Of a DNA stretch of 61,254 nt, positions 47,424 through 59,590 are shown piece after piece. Within the stretch, counting starts at the first letter, position 1, and each line of letters opens with the position of its first letter. The stretch is from Patescibacteria group bacterium UBA6263 (GTDB lineage: Bacteria; Patescibacteriota; Gracilibacteria; Absconditabacterales; Absconditicoccaceae). Below the pieces are notes generated by a model. It was not told where the DNA came from. It ran no database searches and saw nothing but the letters and a program-made list of their open reading frames with translations. The stretch is taken from positions 4,514 through 65,767 of the forward strand of contig DJVF01000011.1 of the NCBI GenBank assembly GCA_002441085.1, read 5' to 3'. A program made the translations under genes and the position numbers.

Positions 47424-48533
47424 ATGTGAAATGATAAATTATATGATGTAATTATAGTTTGATGAGGAGCGGCTGGATTGTTCTGTAGTATTTTTGCTGA
47501 TAAAAAATTAGACAAACTTATGCTTGAAAATAGTAAGAGAGTTTGAACTAAAATATTATTATCATGATGATGAAGGTGTAATGTAACCAATATTAATTTA
47601 AATCCTGAGACTGATTATGTATGAGAAAATATAAAAGCCTTGCCTAGCATATTTCATAAATTAAATAATCATGATGTAATAAATTGGTTTTCAGAAAGGT
47701 GATTGGCCATGCATGAAGAAAAATATGGTAAAATGTATCTTGATTGTGAGAAATCTAGTAAATTAGTAGAATTACTTGTTAAGCAATCTTGAGAAAATAA
47801 TTGTCAGATTGTATTTGAACAGTGAGTAACTGATATAGATATAAAAGATGATATCTTTTTGATAAAAACAAAAGACAATAATTATTTTTGTAAAAAATTG
47901 GTTATTGCTAGTGGATGAGTCAATTTTCCCCAAATATGAGCTACTTGAATAGCTTGGGATATAGCTAAAAAATTTGGAATAGAATATATAGATCCTTATC
48001 CTTGTCTATCATGAGTGGAGATTATTCAAGATGTTTCTAGTTTGACTTGAAATGCTGTAGAAGTAGAAGTGATTGTGAAATATTGAAAAAAAATATTATT
48101 TGAAAATAGATGACCAATGCTATTTACTCATCGATGACTTAGTTGACCTGCAGTATTTGATATTGGACTGTTTATATGAAGGGAATTAACTAAATACAAA
48201 TTAAAAGATTTCGAATTAATTATTAGATTTGATTTGGAAAAACTGAATGAAAAAACTATTAATTTTTTTGATTTATCGGAAAAAGATTTTGAAAGAAAAT
48301 TTGAAATAACATGATTTAGACCTTGGGAACTTGCAAAAGCTACCTGATGATGAATTAAGCTATCTGAACTTAGTTCTAGTTTGGAAGCAAAAAAAGTTCC
48401 ATGACTTTATTTTATTGGAGAAGCTTGTGATGTGACAGGTAGAACCTGATGATTTAATTTGCAATGGGCATGGAGTAGTGGGTATATAGTAGGGAAGTCA
48501 CTTGTCATCTCGAGCCCTGCTTTTGTAGGATAA
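47424..48533 (+). CDS. BaiN/HI0933-family FAD-dependent oxidoreductase
   Basis: YDVIIVGGGAAGLF, KILLSGGGRCNVTN, MLFTH(CGA=W)GLSGPAV, GLYFIGEACDVTGRTGGFNLQWAWSSG. Confidence 0.8.
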
Positions 48534-48823
48534 ACTTTGTCGAGAGATCCCTTTAAAATAATTTAAGAGATTTTTTCACTCATTTTATTCGGTCCCGAAT
48601 GGATCGGGATGCTAACGCTATCGAAATGATAGTAAATGAAAATTTGATAACCTATAGTTTTCAAAAGATTGATAAAATAACTATTTGTAAATAGATATGT
48701 GATATTATAATAAATATACAAATAGATCTGGATAATAAATTCAGGTTTTTTTTAAATTTTTAGATAAATGGAATATAATTAGATGTACAAATAAATTATT
48801 TTTATTTTTTATCCAAAAGCACC

Positions 48824-49240
48824 ATGGAAAATTTAAATGCAAAATTATCATCAAATTCTTTATGAAAGGTTAATAAATTGATCGATAATATTAATCAAAC
48901 TTGTGATATGCTGGTTTGAGTACTTGATTTGAATTCTGAATCTGTATGAGTCTATTGAATTAGTCTGACAGAGAAAATGGATACAGACTTGGTAGATATT
49001 ATGCTTCGTAAGATTGCTGAAATGAAAAATCATTTGATTGATCTAAAAAGAGAAGTAAATAAAGAATTTGCTGGAAATAAAAAAGATGTAGAAAAAATTA
49101 TATCATCACTTAGAGAAGTGGGGGATAATCTGGATAATTTGCTTTTGGGAAATGGATTTTATAGAAATAATTTTGAAATGCCTATAAGAGAAGTACAGAC
49201 TATGATAGAAAGAATATATGAAGAAGTACATGTAAAATAA
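48824..49240 (+). CDS. hypothetical protein (138 aa)
   Basis: Continuous frame with four TGA=Gly codons and a TAA stop. Helical and charged. Confidence 0.45.
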
Positions 49241-49314
49241 TTATAAATGTGAAATTAAAAATTATAAATTTTAATTAGCTGTGAATTTTCTCAAATATTA
49301 ATTCTGATTTGCAG

Positions 49315-49351
49315 AAAAAAGACCGTTGTGTGTGGTGCTCGACGGTTTTTT
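49315..49351. terminator. bidirectional intrinsic terminator
   Basis: A-run, then stem ACCGTTG / CGACGGT (one G-U pair) with an 11-nt loop, then a T-run. It lies between convergent genes. Confidence 0.5.
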
Positions 49352-49360
49352 ATAAAAAAA

Positions 49361-50644
49361 TTATTTTTCGTATGTGACTTTGATTCTTTGAATCTTATTT
49401 CTTTTGGTTTCCAATACTTCAAATTTTAGATCTCATAGATTTATTATCTGTCATTTTTGTGCAAAAGTTTTGAGTATTTCGAGTATTATATAGGATATCA
49501 TGTCTTCTTCAGAAATATCTTCTTCATATTTTTTGGGTATATCAAAATGTTCTATATTGAAGTAGTCTATTATTTCTCTAAGTAAAACATCTCATTTTAC
49601 TATCATCTCTTGCTGATTTATTTTGATTATTCAAGATTCTTCTCATATATCAAATTCATCTTTGATTTCTCATAGCATATCTTCTAGTATGTCTTCTAAA
49701 GTCACAATTCATTCTGTTCATCAAAACTCGTCTATAACAATAGCAAAATGTTGTCATCATTTTTTCATTTTCAAAAATATATCAAAAATATTTGCTGTTA
49801 TGGGAACTTTATATATATCTCTGATTATGAAGTCTTTGATTTTTTTGTTTATATTGTCTTTATTTTGAAGAAACTTTAGTAAATCTTTTATGGTTAATAG
49901 TCAGATTATATTATCTTTATCTTTTTTGAATACTGGAACCCTAGAATAAGGGCTTTGAGCTATTTGATCTAAAGCTTCTTTTAATGTTGTTTCGTCTGAA
50001 ATTGCAAACATTTCTGTCCTATGTTTGAGTATAGATTCTACTCATCTTTCGTCAAAATATAAAAAGTTTTTGATTATACGACTCTCTATTTCTGTAAATA
50101 TTCAATCTTTTTGACCTTGTTGTATAAATATCTCTACATCATTTTTGGAAACTCATTGATCTTTGTTGTTTAAAAATGAAGTGATGATTTTTATTATAAA
50201 TTCGAAAAATATTAATATAGGTCGTAATATATATCATAGTATCTGAATAGGTTTGGCTATCATTAATGATATTTGCAAAGATAGTCTGCTAGAAAATATT
50301 TTGGGAATAATTTCTCCAAACAATAAGATAATAAATGTTGTAATAAATGATATAATGAGCAGTCAACTGGCTGTAGAAACTGCCATATTTTGTGTTATAT
50401 TATCTCATATTTTGGTAGCAAATATAGCTATAAATACATTTACTAGAGTGTTTCATATAAGTATAGTGATTAGTGTTTTCTCTATATTGAATTTTAGTTT
50501 CAACAATACTGCCGCTGATTTTTTCTTTTTTGAATGTAGTAATTGTTTGATTTTATAAATTGGAGTAGAGCTGATAGCTATTTCAGCTCCAGAGAAAAAT
50601 CAAGAAAAAAATAATAATATAAAAACTAAAATAAGATTATTCAT
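49361..50644 (-). CDS. CNNM/DUF21-CBS-CorC_HlyC family transporter (TlyC/CorC-like)
   Basis: FFSGAEIAISS, LFGEIIPK, the CBS pair (ESILKHRTEMFAI.., SRVPVFKKDKDNIIGLLTIKDLL) and IVIDEFGGTEGIVTLEDILE. Confidence 0.85.
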
Positions 50645-50666
50645 TTTTTTGTTATGTTATAAAAAT

Positions 50667-53630
50667 TTATTTTTGGCTTCGAACAACTTTTTCTTCTCAA
50701 TTGATTTCTTTAAATTCTTTGGCTTTTACTTTGATTTTATCTCATATATTGTAATATTTTTTCCATTCGACTCAAGCTGGAGCAACGATGAAATTTTTGT
50801 GTAGCAATCATTCAACTCATTTGACAGTTACAAACATTCAGTAATTATAACTTAATTTGATGTATCCGTCGTATTCTTGTCAAATTTTGATGTTTTTGAT
50901 GGTAAATGTTTCATTGCCTGCCTGTCCGTTAGATAGGTTTCATTGTTTTAATGTTTTAGTGTTAGAGGGCTTAGGGGCTAAGGGGTTTGTTGTTCAGGTA
51001 GTTCCTGTATTTGTAGTCTTGCTTGCTTCTGTAGATGTTGGTTTAACTTCTTCTTTTGGCATAGCAGCTTGTATTTTACTTATATTTGGACAAAATTTTA
51101 GAAGCTCATTTTGAGCTGGATCAAGTCATGCATTTTTGATAATTTCTTCCAATTGTTTGGAGCAGTCTGTTTTGTTTCATATCCAAATCACCAATGGTCA
51201 ATTTTTCTCTATTTTAATTGTTTGATGCTCGTATATATCCAAATGAGTTTGTATAGATCAGATTTTTTGTCATTTTTTATATTTTATATTCGCTTGATCA
51301 TCTAATCATTTTGGTTTTGTATACCATATTGCTTTGTGGGAATTGTTGTCTGTATCAAATATAATTGCGTCTGGCTCTACTCAATCTATATTAAATTCTC
51401 TGAAGAGATAATCATGATCCAATACAAATTGATCTTCTAGATTTTTGACTTCTTTATCATTTAGTCATAGTCATTCAAGTTTAGCCTTTTCTGCTATTTT
51501 TTCTTGGATAGAAAATGTCTTTGCATTCCAAGCGTTCATCAATCTTTCTAATTGATCTTTTGGGGTTGCGTATCTTTGCCTTGATTGCTTACGTATCTTA
51601 TCGATAAGCTCCAATGATCAATCAGGTGTAGATATAGGTAGTGTTTTCATATTGAATGGGTCTGATGATATTCAGTCTACCATTAGCCTAGTGTAAGCTG
51701 TGAATTTTGGCAGTGATATAAGATCGTTTATGGATACCATTTCTTTGAATTGTGCAGAAATATCTACAGCATCATCACGTCATAGAGTAAAAGATATTAT
51801 ACTACCTACGTTTCCAAAGATAGCATCTTTGATTTCTGGTATCAACTGTGATGTATATTGATTTGCTACTATTAGTGATAATTTATATTTTCTAGCTTCT
51901 GACAATATAGTGACAAATGATTCTGTAGCAAAATTTTGAAACTCATCTATATAAAGATAAAAATCTCTTCTTAAATGTGCTGGTATATCTGCTCTAGACA
52001 TTGCATCTATTTGAAACTTTGTGACTAGTAATGATCAAATCATATTCGCATTATCTTCTCATATTCTTCATTTACTGAGATTGACAAGAATAATTTTTCA
52101 TTCATCCATAGCTTTTCTTAGGCTTAATTTGGTCCTAGGTTGACCGAATATATTTCTCACCAATTTGGACGATAAAAATTGTCAGACTTTGTTGGTAATA
52201 GGTCATACTGCTTCTTCTCTTTGTTTGTCATTTCGTTTGTTAAATTCTGTTTGTCGAAATTTTAATACAACTCAATCTTTGATATTGCTGATGACTTCTT
52301 CCCTAAAATTTTTATCTGTTAATATTCTTAATATATGCATAAGTGTTGCATTGGGATATTCTACAAGAGACAATACAACATTTCTAAGTATATATTCTAA
52401 TCTTGGTCATCGAGAATTACCGAAGAGTCTTTTGAAGGTTGATACTACTCCAGAAGCTACTAGATTTTTTCATTCTTCTGTATCTGACTGAAATAGATTA
52501 AATCATAATGGAAAGTCTGAATCTGCGACATCAAAAAGTATTACATCATTTATTCTATTTGTGGGTATGTGCTCTAGTATAATATCTACAAGCTCTCCGT
52601 GTGGATCTAATAATGCTAATCAGTTTCATGTCATCATGTCACTTTTGAGCATATTGGCTATAAATGTTGATTTACCAGTTCATGTTTTACCTACTATATA
52701 CATATGTCTAAATTTGTCATCTTTTTTGATTCCAAATCTGATTTTTTCTCCCCTATAATCAGTATCTCAAAGTACAGTCAAATCTTTTTCATTTGTATTG
52801 TCTAGTATCGGAATGTTCGTAGGGTATGGTAACTTTCTGTATAAGGTATATTCAAGTCATTTTATAAAATTTTCTTTTGTAGGAAGATGAAAAAAATTGA
52901 TAGCTTGATCAAAAGCTAATCGTTTGTATTTTTGAGTTTTTTTTATTTTTATTTTTCAATCTGAAACAAATGGAGAAAATACTGATATTATATTTTTTTC
53001 TGTGCTTTCTTTGATATAAATATCTTTTGTCCTAAGTATATAAGATATCGATGTCAAAATATCTTCTTTGGGTAAATTATCATCTTTTTTTTCTTCTGCT
53101 TTTTTGGTTGCTCACCATGCTCGTTTGATAAATGATCATATCTGTTGTAATGTATTTTTGCTTTTTTTGAATTTAAAGTCAAAATAAATGTTCAATTTGG
53201 AATCTTTGTCTATATTGTTGTATAAAGACAATATGTCTTTGATAGGATCCATATATTTTCAATCTTTGGTGAATGTAGATTGTGAATTTAAAACTCAATC
53301 TTCAGAAAAACGTATAAAATTTCTATTATTAGGCAATACAAATGCTTGTTCTTCTTGCAAATCAGAAGTAGGATAATTGGAATAGAATGTGTTTTGAAAA
53401 TAATTTTTGAATGATTTGGGAATTACTACAAAAAATTTGATACTGTGAGAATTTCAGCTCATTAAAAATGTTATGGTATTTGATTTTAAACTGATTAGAT
53501 TGCTAATGACAGCATTCCAGTGATTTATGCCAAATTCATTATCTTTGAATGGCTTAATCTGTAGAAATACTTTGTCTGATTTTAATTCTTTTTTTGTGGT
53601 AGTTGAATGAATTTTTGTTTGTTTTGTCAT
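50667..53630 (-). CDS. VirD4/TraD-like P-loop ATPase with a C-terminal S1 domain, 987 aa
   Basis: Walker A is HMYIVGKTGTGKS, followed by LLDPHGELVDI. Walker B is FYLYIDEFQNF, followed by SEARKYKLSLIVANQYTSQL. After a T/P/N linker comes the S1-like QEYDGYIKLSYNYGMFVTVKGVEGLLHKNF..YNIGDKIKVKAKEF. Confidence 0.8.
50908..50945. repeat. copy of the GC-rich element inside a CDS, flanked by the 9-nt direct repeat GTTTCATTG
   Basis: The reverse complement of 50917-50940 is AAACCTATCTAACGGACAGGCAGG, with the same AAACCT..AGGCAGG frame as 1412-1434 and 46160-46182. The direct repeats are at 50908-50916 and 50937-50945. Confidence 0.5.
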
Positions 53631-53873
53631 TGATATATGATTGTTTAATTAAAGTTTCAAAGGAAATACAGTTGAAACTGCTTAATGATTCGTGATATAT
53701 TATATATATTTTATAATAAAAAGCAATAAAAAGTGATAATATTTGTATTTATTATTTTTACTTGAATAGTTATTTTTGTTTGATAATATGTGTTTTTGAT
53801 CTTTAAATATTTATAAATAGATTTGTATATATTTTCTTTTAATAGATATGCTTGATTTGATCGTGTTTTTGAT

Positions 53874-54596
53874 TTGAAAATATCAGATAATATTTTTTGA
53901 AAATATAAAAGAGTATTGAAACGTGGAAATTTGTTTAGATATCAGGATGATTTTTTTGTGTGTTTATGACCCAAAATATCTTTTTTTGAGCAGTATAAAT
54001 ATGGTTATGAAATAAAAGAAGACTCTTTGAGTATGGTGTTTAAATCGTTTTTGACTGATCAAACATTGGATATGGTTGATTGGATGGTTTATAATCGATA
54101 TTCTAATTATAAATCAGTTTTGAAATATTTTATATCTTTTGATATTGAAAAGTTATTAGAAGGCTGAAAATGAAAAATAGAAACTAAAAATAAAAAAATA
54201 GAAAATAATGAAATATTGATTAAAGATTGAAAATTGACGATATCAGATAATGTATTTATATGACAACAATTGATTATTTTCCCTGATTTGTGGTCATTAT
54301 TTAATATTTTGGATGAAAATATATTATCTTTATCGGGTAATGTCTTTTTAAGTTCTCAAGATACGCAAAACCAAAAAGATAAAAAGTGGCGAATGGTAAA
54401 AAAATGATTAGCTAAAAATATATTTTGTACACACTGAGAGATATTTCAAAGTCGATTGGATTTGCAAAAAATAATTTTGTTTGACTGATATAAACGATAT
54501 TATGAAAATCAGCAAGACCCTAGATATAATGTGAATTGTGTTGTCGAAAAAATGCAAGAAATATACTCAGCTAAATTGATTTATAGCGATATCTAA
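53874..54596 (+). CDS. PriA (primosomal protein N')-like remnant, about 240 aa; start uncertain
   Basis: GQQLIIFPDLWSLFNIL, QKDKKW(W)MVKKG, IILFDGYK(W)YYENQQDPRYNVNCVV, which parallels PriA ..IIvDEEHdxsYKqxexPrYhaRdvA. There is no in-frame ATG in the first part, so TTG 53874 is taken as the start. Confidence 0.45.
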
Positions 54597-54687
54597 ATAT
54601 TATTTTTATAAAAAAATTATTCAGAATAAATTTGATTAGCTTGTAATTTTTATCAAAAATGATATAGTAGGTTTTGATTTTTTATAA

Positions 54688-55707
54688 ATGGATTGAACAT
54701 TTATGTATAACTTATACCAATCTAAATTGCGAATAGATATTAATCAAAAAATATATAAAAAGCCATCTTTTTTTATTGATATTTTTTGAAAGAAATATTT
54801 TGGATTGATAAAAACAAAAAAAATTGGACCTTTAAAGTTTCAACGATATCAGATAATGTGAATAGAGTTGCCTGATGACAAGGAATATGTAAAAAGTGAA
54901 ATACAAAAATTGAAGACAAAATATTCAAAAAATAAGTCTAATATACTTTTTCAATTGTGATTTATAAATGAGATTATACGTTTTGAAAATGTCGGTCGTA
55001 GGTCTGATGATTTTAATAATGATATTGCTTGTATAAGATTAAATATACGTGATTTTATATGTTCAGAATTTGATTTAAAATTATCTTTTAGGGAAAATAT
55101 GCCTCAGAGTAATATTATTTATCATATATGAAACAAGACAGATCAAGAAATTTTGGATCAAATGAATTCTGGTTGTAAGAATCGTGTAAAAAGAGCTATG
55201 AAAGAATGAATATATTTTGGTATAGCTAGTCCAGATCGGTATGATCTGTTTTATGAAAAGTGGCTTGAAACTGTATGAAATAAATGAGTCAATATAATTC
55301 CCAAAGAAACTTATTATCGTTTGTTGAGGTATCTTACTCAAAATAATCGTTGAAATCTTTTTATATCTCAAATTAATTGAGAAATTGTTTCTGGTAGTAT
55401 AGGACTTTATGATGAACATCGTATAATATATTTATATGGTTTTGCTAGTAGAAAATTTGGTAATATAGGATGACATCATTATCTAAAATTCAAACTTTTT
55501 GGTCGAGCAAGAGAAAATGGATTTACGTATTGTGATATGTTGTGAGGAGCTCCTACATGATTTCCAGAACATCCATTGGCAAGTGTAAGTGCATTCAAAG
55601 AATCTCTTGGTGGTATGAAAATAGAACAATATGGTAGTTATGATATAATATTAAACTGATTTTTATATAAATTATTTAGATTTTACACTAACTTAAGAAA
55701 TAAATAA
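54688..55707 (+). CDS. FemAB-family peptidoglycan aminoacyl/peptidyl transferase
   Basis: KNRVKRAMKEGIYF, IVSGSIGLYDEHRIIYLYGFAS, HHYLKFKLFG(CGA=W)ARENGFTYCDMLG, SAFKESLGG. Confidence 0.7.
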
Positions 55708-55825
55708 TTATCTATTTTTTTTTATGTCAAGTTATGATGCTAATTTGTTTGACTTTTTTTGACTTTTTTTTGTTTTTGGATAGAATTTGTATGTGTTTAG
55801 TTGTTATTTATTATTTATACATAAT

Positions 55826-57211
55826 ATGTCTGAAGAAAACAAAAAAGATATAGATCAAAACTTATGATCTTTTAATTTGGATGATTTACAAATTTCAGAT
55901 GAGGTGAATATAAAAGATAATTCATCAGAATTTAGTGAAATTGATCAAAACAAATCTGAAAGTCCAAATCAATCTTATTTAAATTTGGATCTAATAAATA
56001 AAGATGTATCAAATTTTGAATCTAATGATGGTAATATAGTATTGGGAGATGATTGAATGAGGCCAGATATGTCTAAAGTTATTATAAATCGTTCTTATCG
56101 AAAATTATTTATACTATCTTTCTTTGGTATGATAATATTTTCATTATCAACAGTTGGTTTGTTTATATATAATAGTTATTTGGAAGATTTGAAAGAATCT
56201 GTCACAGAATCAAGATATGATAAATATATAAATGAATATGTCTGATTTAGAGATAAAATATTTAAGTATTTATTTAATAAATCAAGCGAGAATATATCTA
56301 ATCTAAAACTAGCAGATATTAATTGAACTAAAACACTGGAATCATTTTTGAAAAATCCAGCTTTTGATTATATAAAAAAAAGAGATATTTTGCAAAATAG
56401 TTTATGATCTCTTATAAATTCTACAAATACTGTTTATAAAGATGTAAATGAAAAAAAAGACTATATTACACAGTATGGTTTCTTTACACAAGAACTTAAA
56501 GAACTTCTGAAAGACCAAGAAAATATTTCTAATATAAAGAGATCTTTGTTGTCTTTGGAAAATATAAAATTTAGTAGTGCAATACATGTTTTTTATAATA
56601 TGGATACTTTTATAGATTGATTTTCTAAATCTTCGAATATCCCAAAGGATGAGATAGACGAATGAATGAAGGAAATAATTGATAAGGGAGAAAAGAATAT
56701 AATGACATATTTGGAGACTTGCTATTTGAATCCTTTTGAAATAGATTATAATTGTAATACTATATGAGATTTTGATATGTATTATAAGATAAATGATCAA
56801 AATAAATTTGATACTGAATTTCTCAAAAAATTGATTTATTACATAGATCTCAAACTTGAACAAACAGAAATTCCTAGTTTTAGTATAATTTTTAATTGAT
56901 TTAATGCCAATAGCAATCAAATATCTTTTTCTATAAATGTTGATACCTTTAGGCAAGATGAGCTATCTTTGATAAAAAAATGAATCTCTAATCCACATAT
57001 ATTTATAGTTAATAATTTAATTAACTTTTTGAAACAAAGTAAATTTATTTTGTGAAAAGATATATCTACAAAGAATATAAGAGTATTGCCTAGAATAATA
57101 ACAATCTGATCAAATGAATTTAATGTAAATCATTCAGCTATGAATTTTTCTCTACCTATACAAAAGGAAATGGAAAGGGAGATATTTGATTTTGTTGAGA
57201 TTAAAAAATAA
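55826..57211 (+). CDS. membrane-anchored hypothetical protein (461 aa)
   Basis: Acidic N-terminus, one TM (LFILSFFGMIIFSLSTVGLFIY), then a long extracytoplasmic part. The frame is continuous with TGA=Gly. Confidence 0.55.
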
Positions 57212-57235
57212 ATTTTAATTATATATTTAGTTATA

Positions 57236-58789
57236 ATGGAAAATAATAAAAATGGGAAGGTAAAAAAGACTTATTCTGCTAATGATATAGCTAAGGCTGA
57301 GTTTAAAAAATCTATCAATAACTTTTTGTCTTCTGTAAATAGATTTTGGAAGAATATTTATGATGTAATATTGAATAATGAAAAAGATTTTTGGGTAGTG
57401 TTTTTTCTTGCTTTGTGAACATTGTTTTTGACTATATATTTGTCTATAAGAGTATATAACAATAATGTCTATATAAACCAAAGATATATGGATCTTGAGA
57501 AACTTGAAAAATACTCTTATAATAATGATGATATTTTATTTAAAAATAAAGAAGATAATAAATGATTTGATAATATAAACTATATAATAGATTATTATAA
57601 TGAATTATCACAAGATAATGCTAATTATGATCAGTACATAAAAGAATTGTCGACATCTTATGAATATTTGTTGCAATATATTTATTTACCTAGATTGAAT
57701 ATATGGAAAGATCTATATATAAATAAAATACATACCGATATGATTGGAATAAAATTTATTGAGAATAATCCATATACTGATTCTGCTTTGATAAATAAAT
57801 GGACTAGTTTTTTCCAGGATGTTTGAGAAAATAACGAAGCAAACAAAGTTTTGGATATTTCAATAGGAGATTTTGTAGAAGATGATAAATGATTTTTTAG
57901 AATTCCGATTACATTATCCTTTGAATCTGATTCTAAACGTTCTTTTTTGTTGCTTCTAGATAAGTTACTTATAACTTCTGATCAAGAGAATGTATGACTT
58001 ATAAATGAATTTATGTATTATTTGATACAAAATATCAAATCTGATAAATCTGATGAAATAAATGCTTTGGTTGATAATGTAAATTCTGAGTTTTCATGAA
58101 ATTATTTTGTTGATGATAAATGAACAAACAATGAAAATAAAATTATATGATATACTTTATATAATCGATTATATTTGGATTGAAATATTGATATAATTGA
58201 TGAATCTATAATAAATAAAACAATAAGAGATGTGGCTTCTTGTCAGGATAATATGGATATAAATATGTGTTATTATAGATTTAGAGATAAATATAGAAAT
58301 ATACCTGAGATGGCTTATAATATATGAAGAATGATTATAAATGTAGATAGAGTGGCTTTGTTAAAAAACTTTCTAAAAAATATTCCACCCGTAATATCTA
58401 TAAAAGATTTGACTTTTAATAAAGTTAGATTTGATAACTTGATGTGAACAAGTTCTATGAAATATAAAGGTAAAATAATTATAGATGTTTTTGGTAAATG
58501 AATATCTGAATCTGAAGTCAATGAAATATCTAAAGCTCTTTGAGAAAAATGTTTTTCTGATGATTTATCTTTGAATGCGCCAATAGCTATCAAAAAAATA
58601 GATGATTATATGAATAAAATATCTTGAGTAAATAGTCTGGATTTTAGTAAATCTAGAAGCGTATGGGAATTGAGCGATATTATTAAAAGTATCGAAGATG
58701 AATATTGATCTTTGACTAATTATAATAAAATTATAAAACTTTTTGAGATTTATAGAATGCTTGATTCAGCCAATTTGTGTGAAAATTAA
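57236..58789 (+). CDS. membrane-anchored hypothetical protein (517 aa), weak PilO-like segment
   Basis: One TM (FWVVFFLALGTLFLTIYL). The segment FFRIPITLSFESDSKRSFLLLLDKLLITS weakly resembles a PilO-type fold signature. Confidence 0.55.
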
Positions 58790-58808
58790 TATGTTGATTT
58801 AATATCTT

Positions 58809-59561
58809 TTATTCTTTTAAGTTGGAATAAGCTTGTTCTATATCTTCATCTTGCTCCAATCCATTTATTAGATTTAATAGATTCTGTTTTTCTATATCTG
58901 GTATATTTACTTCGTTATTGGGAATATATTGGATATCTGCATTGATTATATTGTAGCCCATATCTTCTATTTGTTTTTTGGTTTGAGCAAAATCTTGTTT
59001 GGCTGTATATGCAATTGCTATTGATTGATCTATAGAAAAATCATTTGCTGAAGTTTCTAGTATGTCATTTTCAAATTCTAGCTCATTTAAAGGAGCTACG
59101 TTTTCAATTTCTTTTCATTTAATGTTTTGTATCTGTTTTTTTCAATTGATTATAATTATTCACTTTTCTGTAAATTGTCGAGAAACAGATCCTGGTTGTC
59201 ATAAATTTCATCAATATTTATTCATCAGTAATTTGATGTTTTGAGATGTCCTATTGGTGTTTTGTGTGAGTGCTTTGATGATTATGGCTATTCATCATGG
59301 TCAATATCATTCGTATAGAATTTCTTGTAAGTCTTCTCATTCTGATTGTCATGATCATTTGAGTATAGCTCTATCTATAATATCTCTAGGAACTCAATGA
59401 TATCTTGCTTTTTGTAATGCTAGATCTAATGAAGGATTCATTTTGGGATCTGCTCATTTTTTGGCTGCAATTTGGATGGTTTTGGAAATGATACTATATA
59501 TTTTGGATTTTGCATCATCTCAAGATGCTTTTCTAGCTGCTATACTGTGTCGACGTCACAT
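58809..59561 (-). CDS. yebC: YebC/PmpR-family transcriptional regulator
   Basis: [72 protein letters not shown](CGA=W)QF. Confidence 0.9.
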
Positions 59562-59590
59562 TTTTTAGATTGAGAATTAATAATTTAAAA

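Noticed and set aside
48580-48612. The hairpin GGTCCCGAATGGATCGGGATGC could be the SRP (4.5S) RNA domain IV.
   Set aside because: It lacks the conserved GGAA tetraloop and the AGCA/GGA symmetric-loop signature. It is kept only as an unassigned structured segment.
55751-55770. A tandem GACTTTTTTT x2 after the FemAB gene.
   Set aside because: Only two units of T-rich sequence in a spacer. This is most simply a slippage-prone T-tract or part of a weak terminator.
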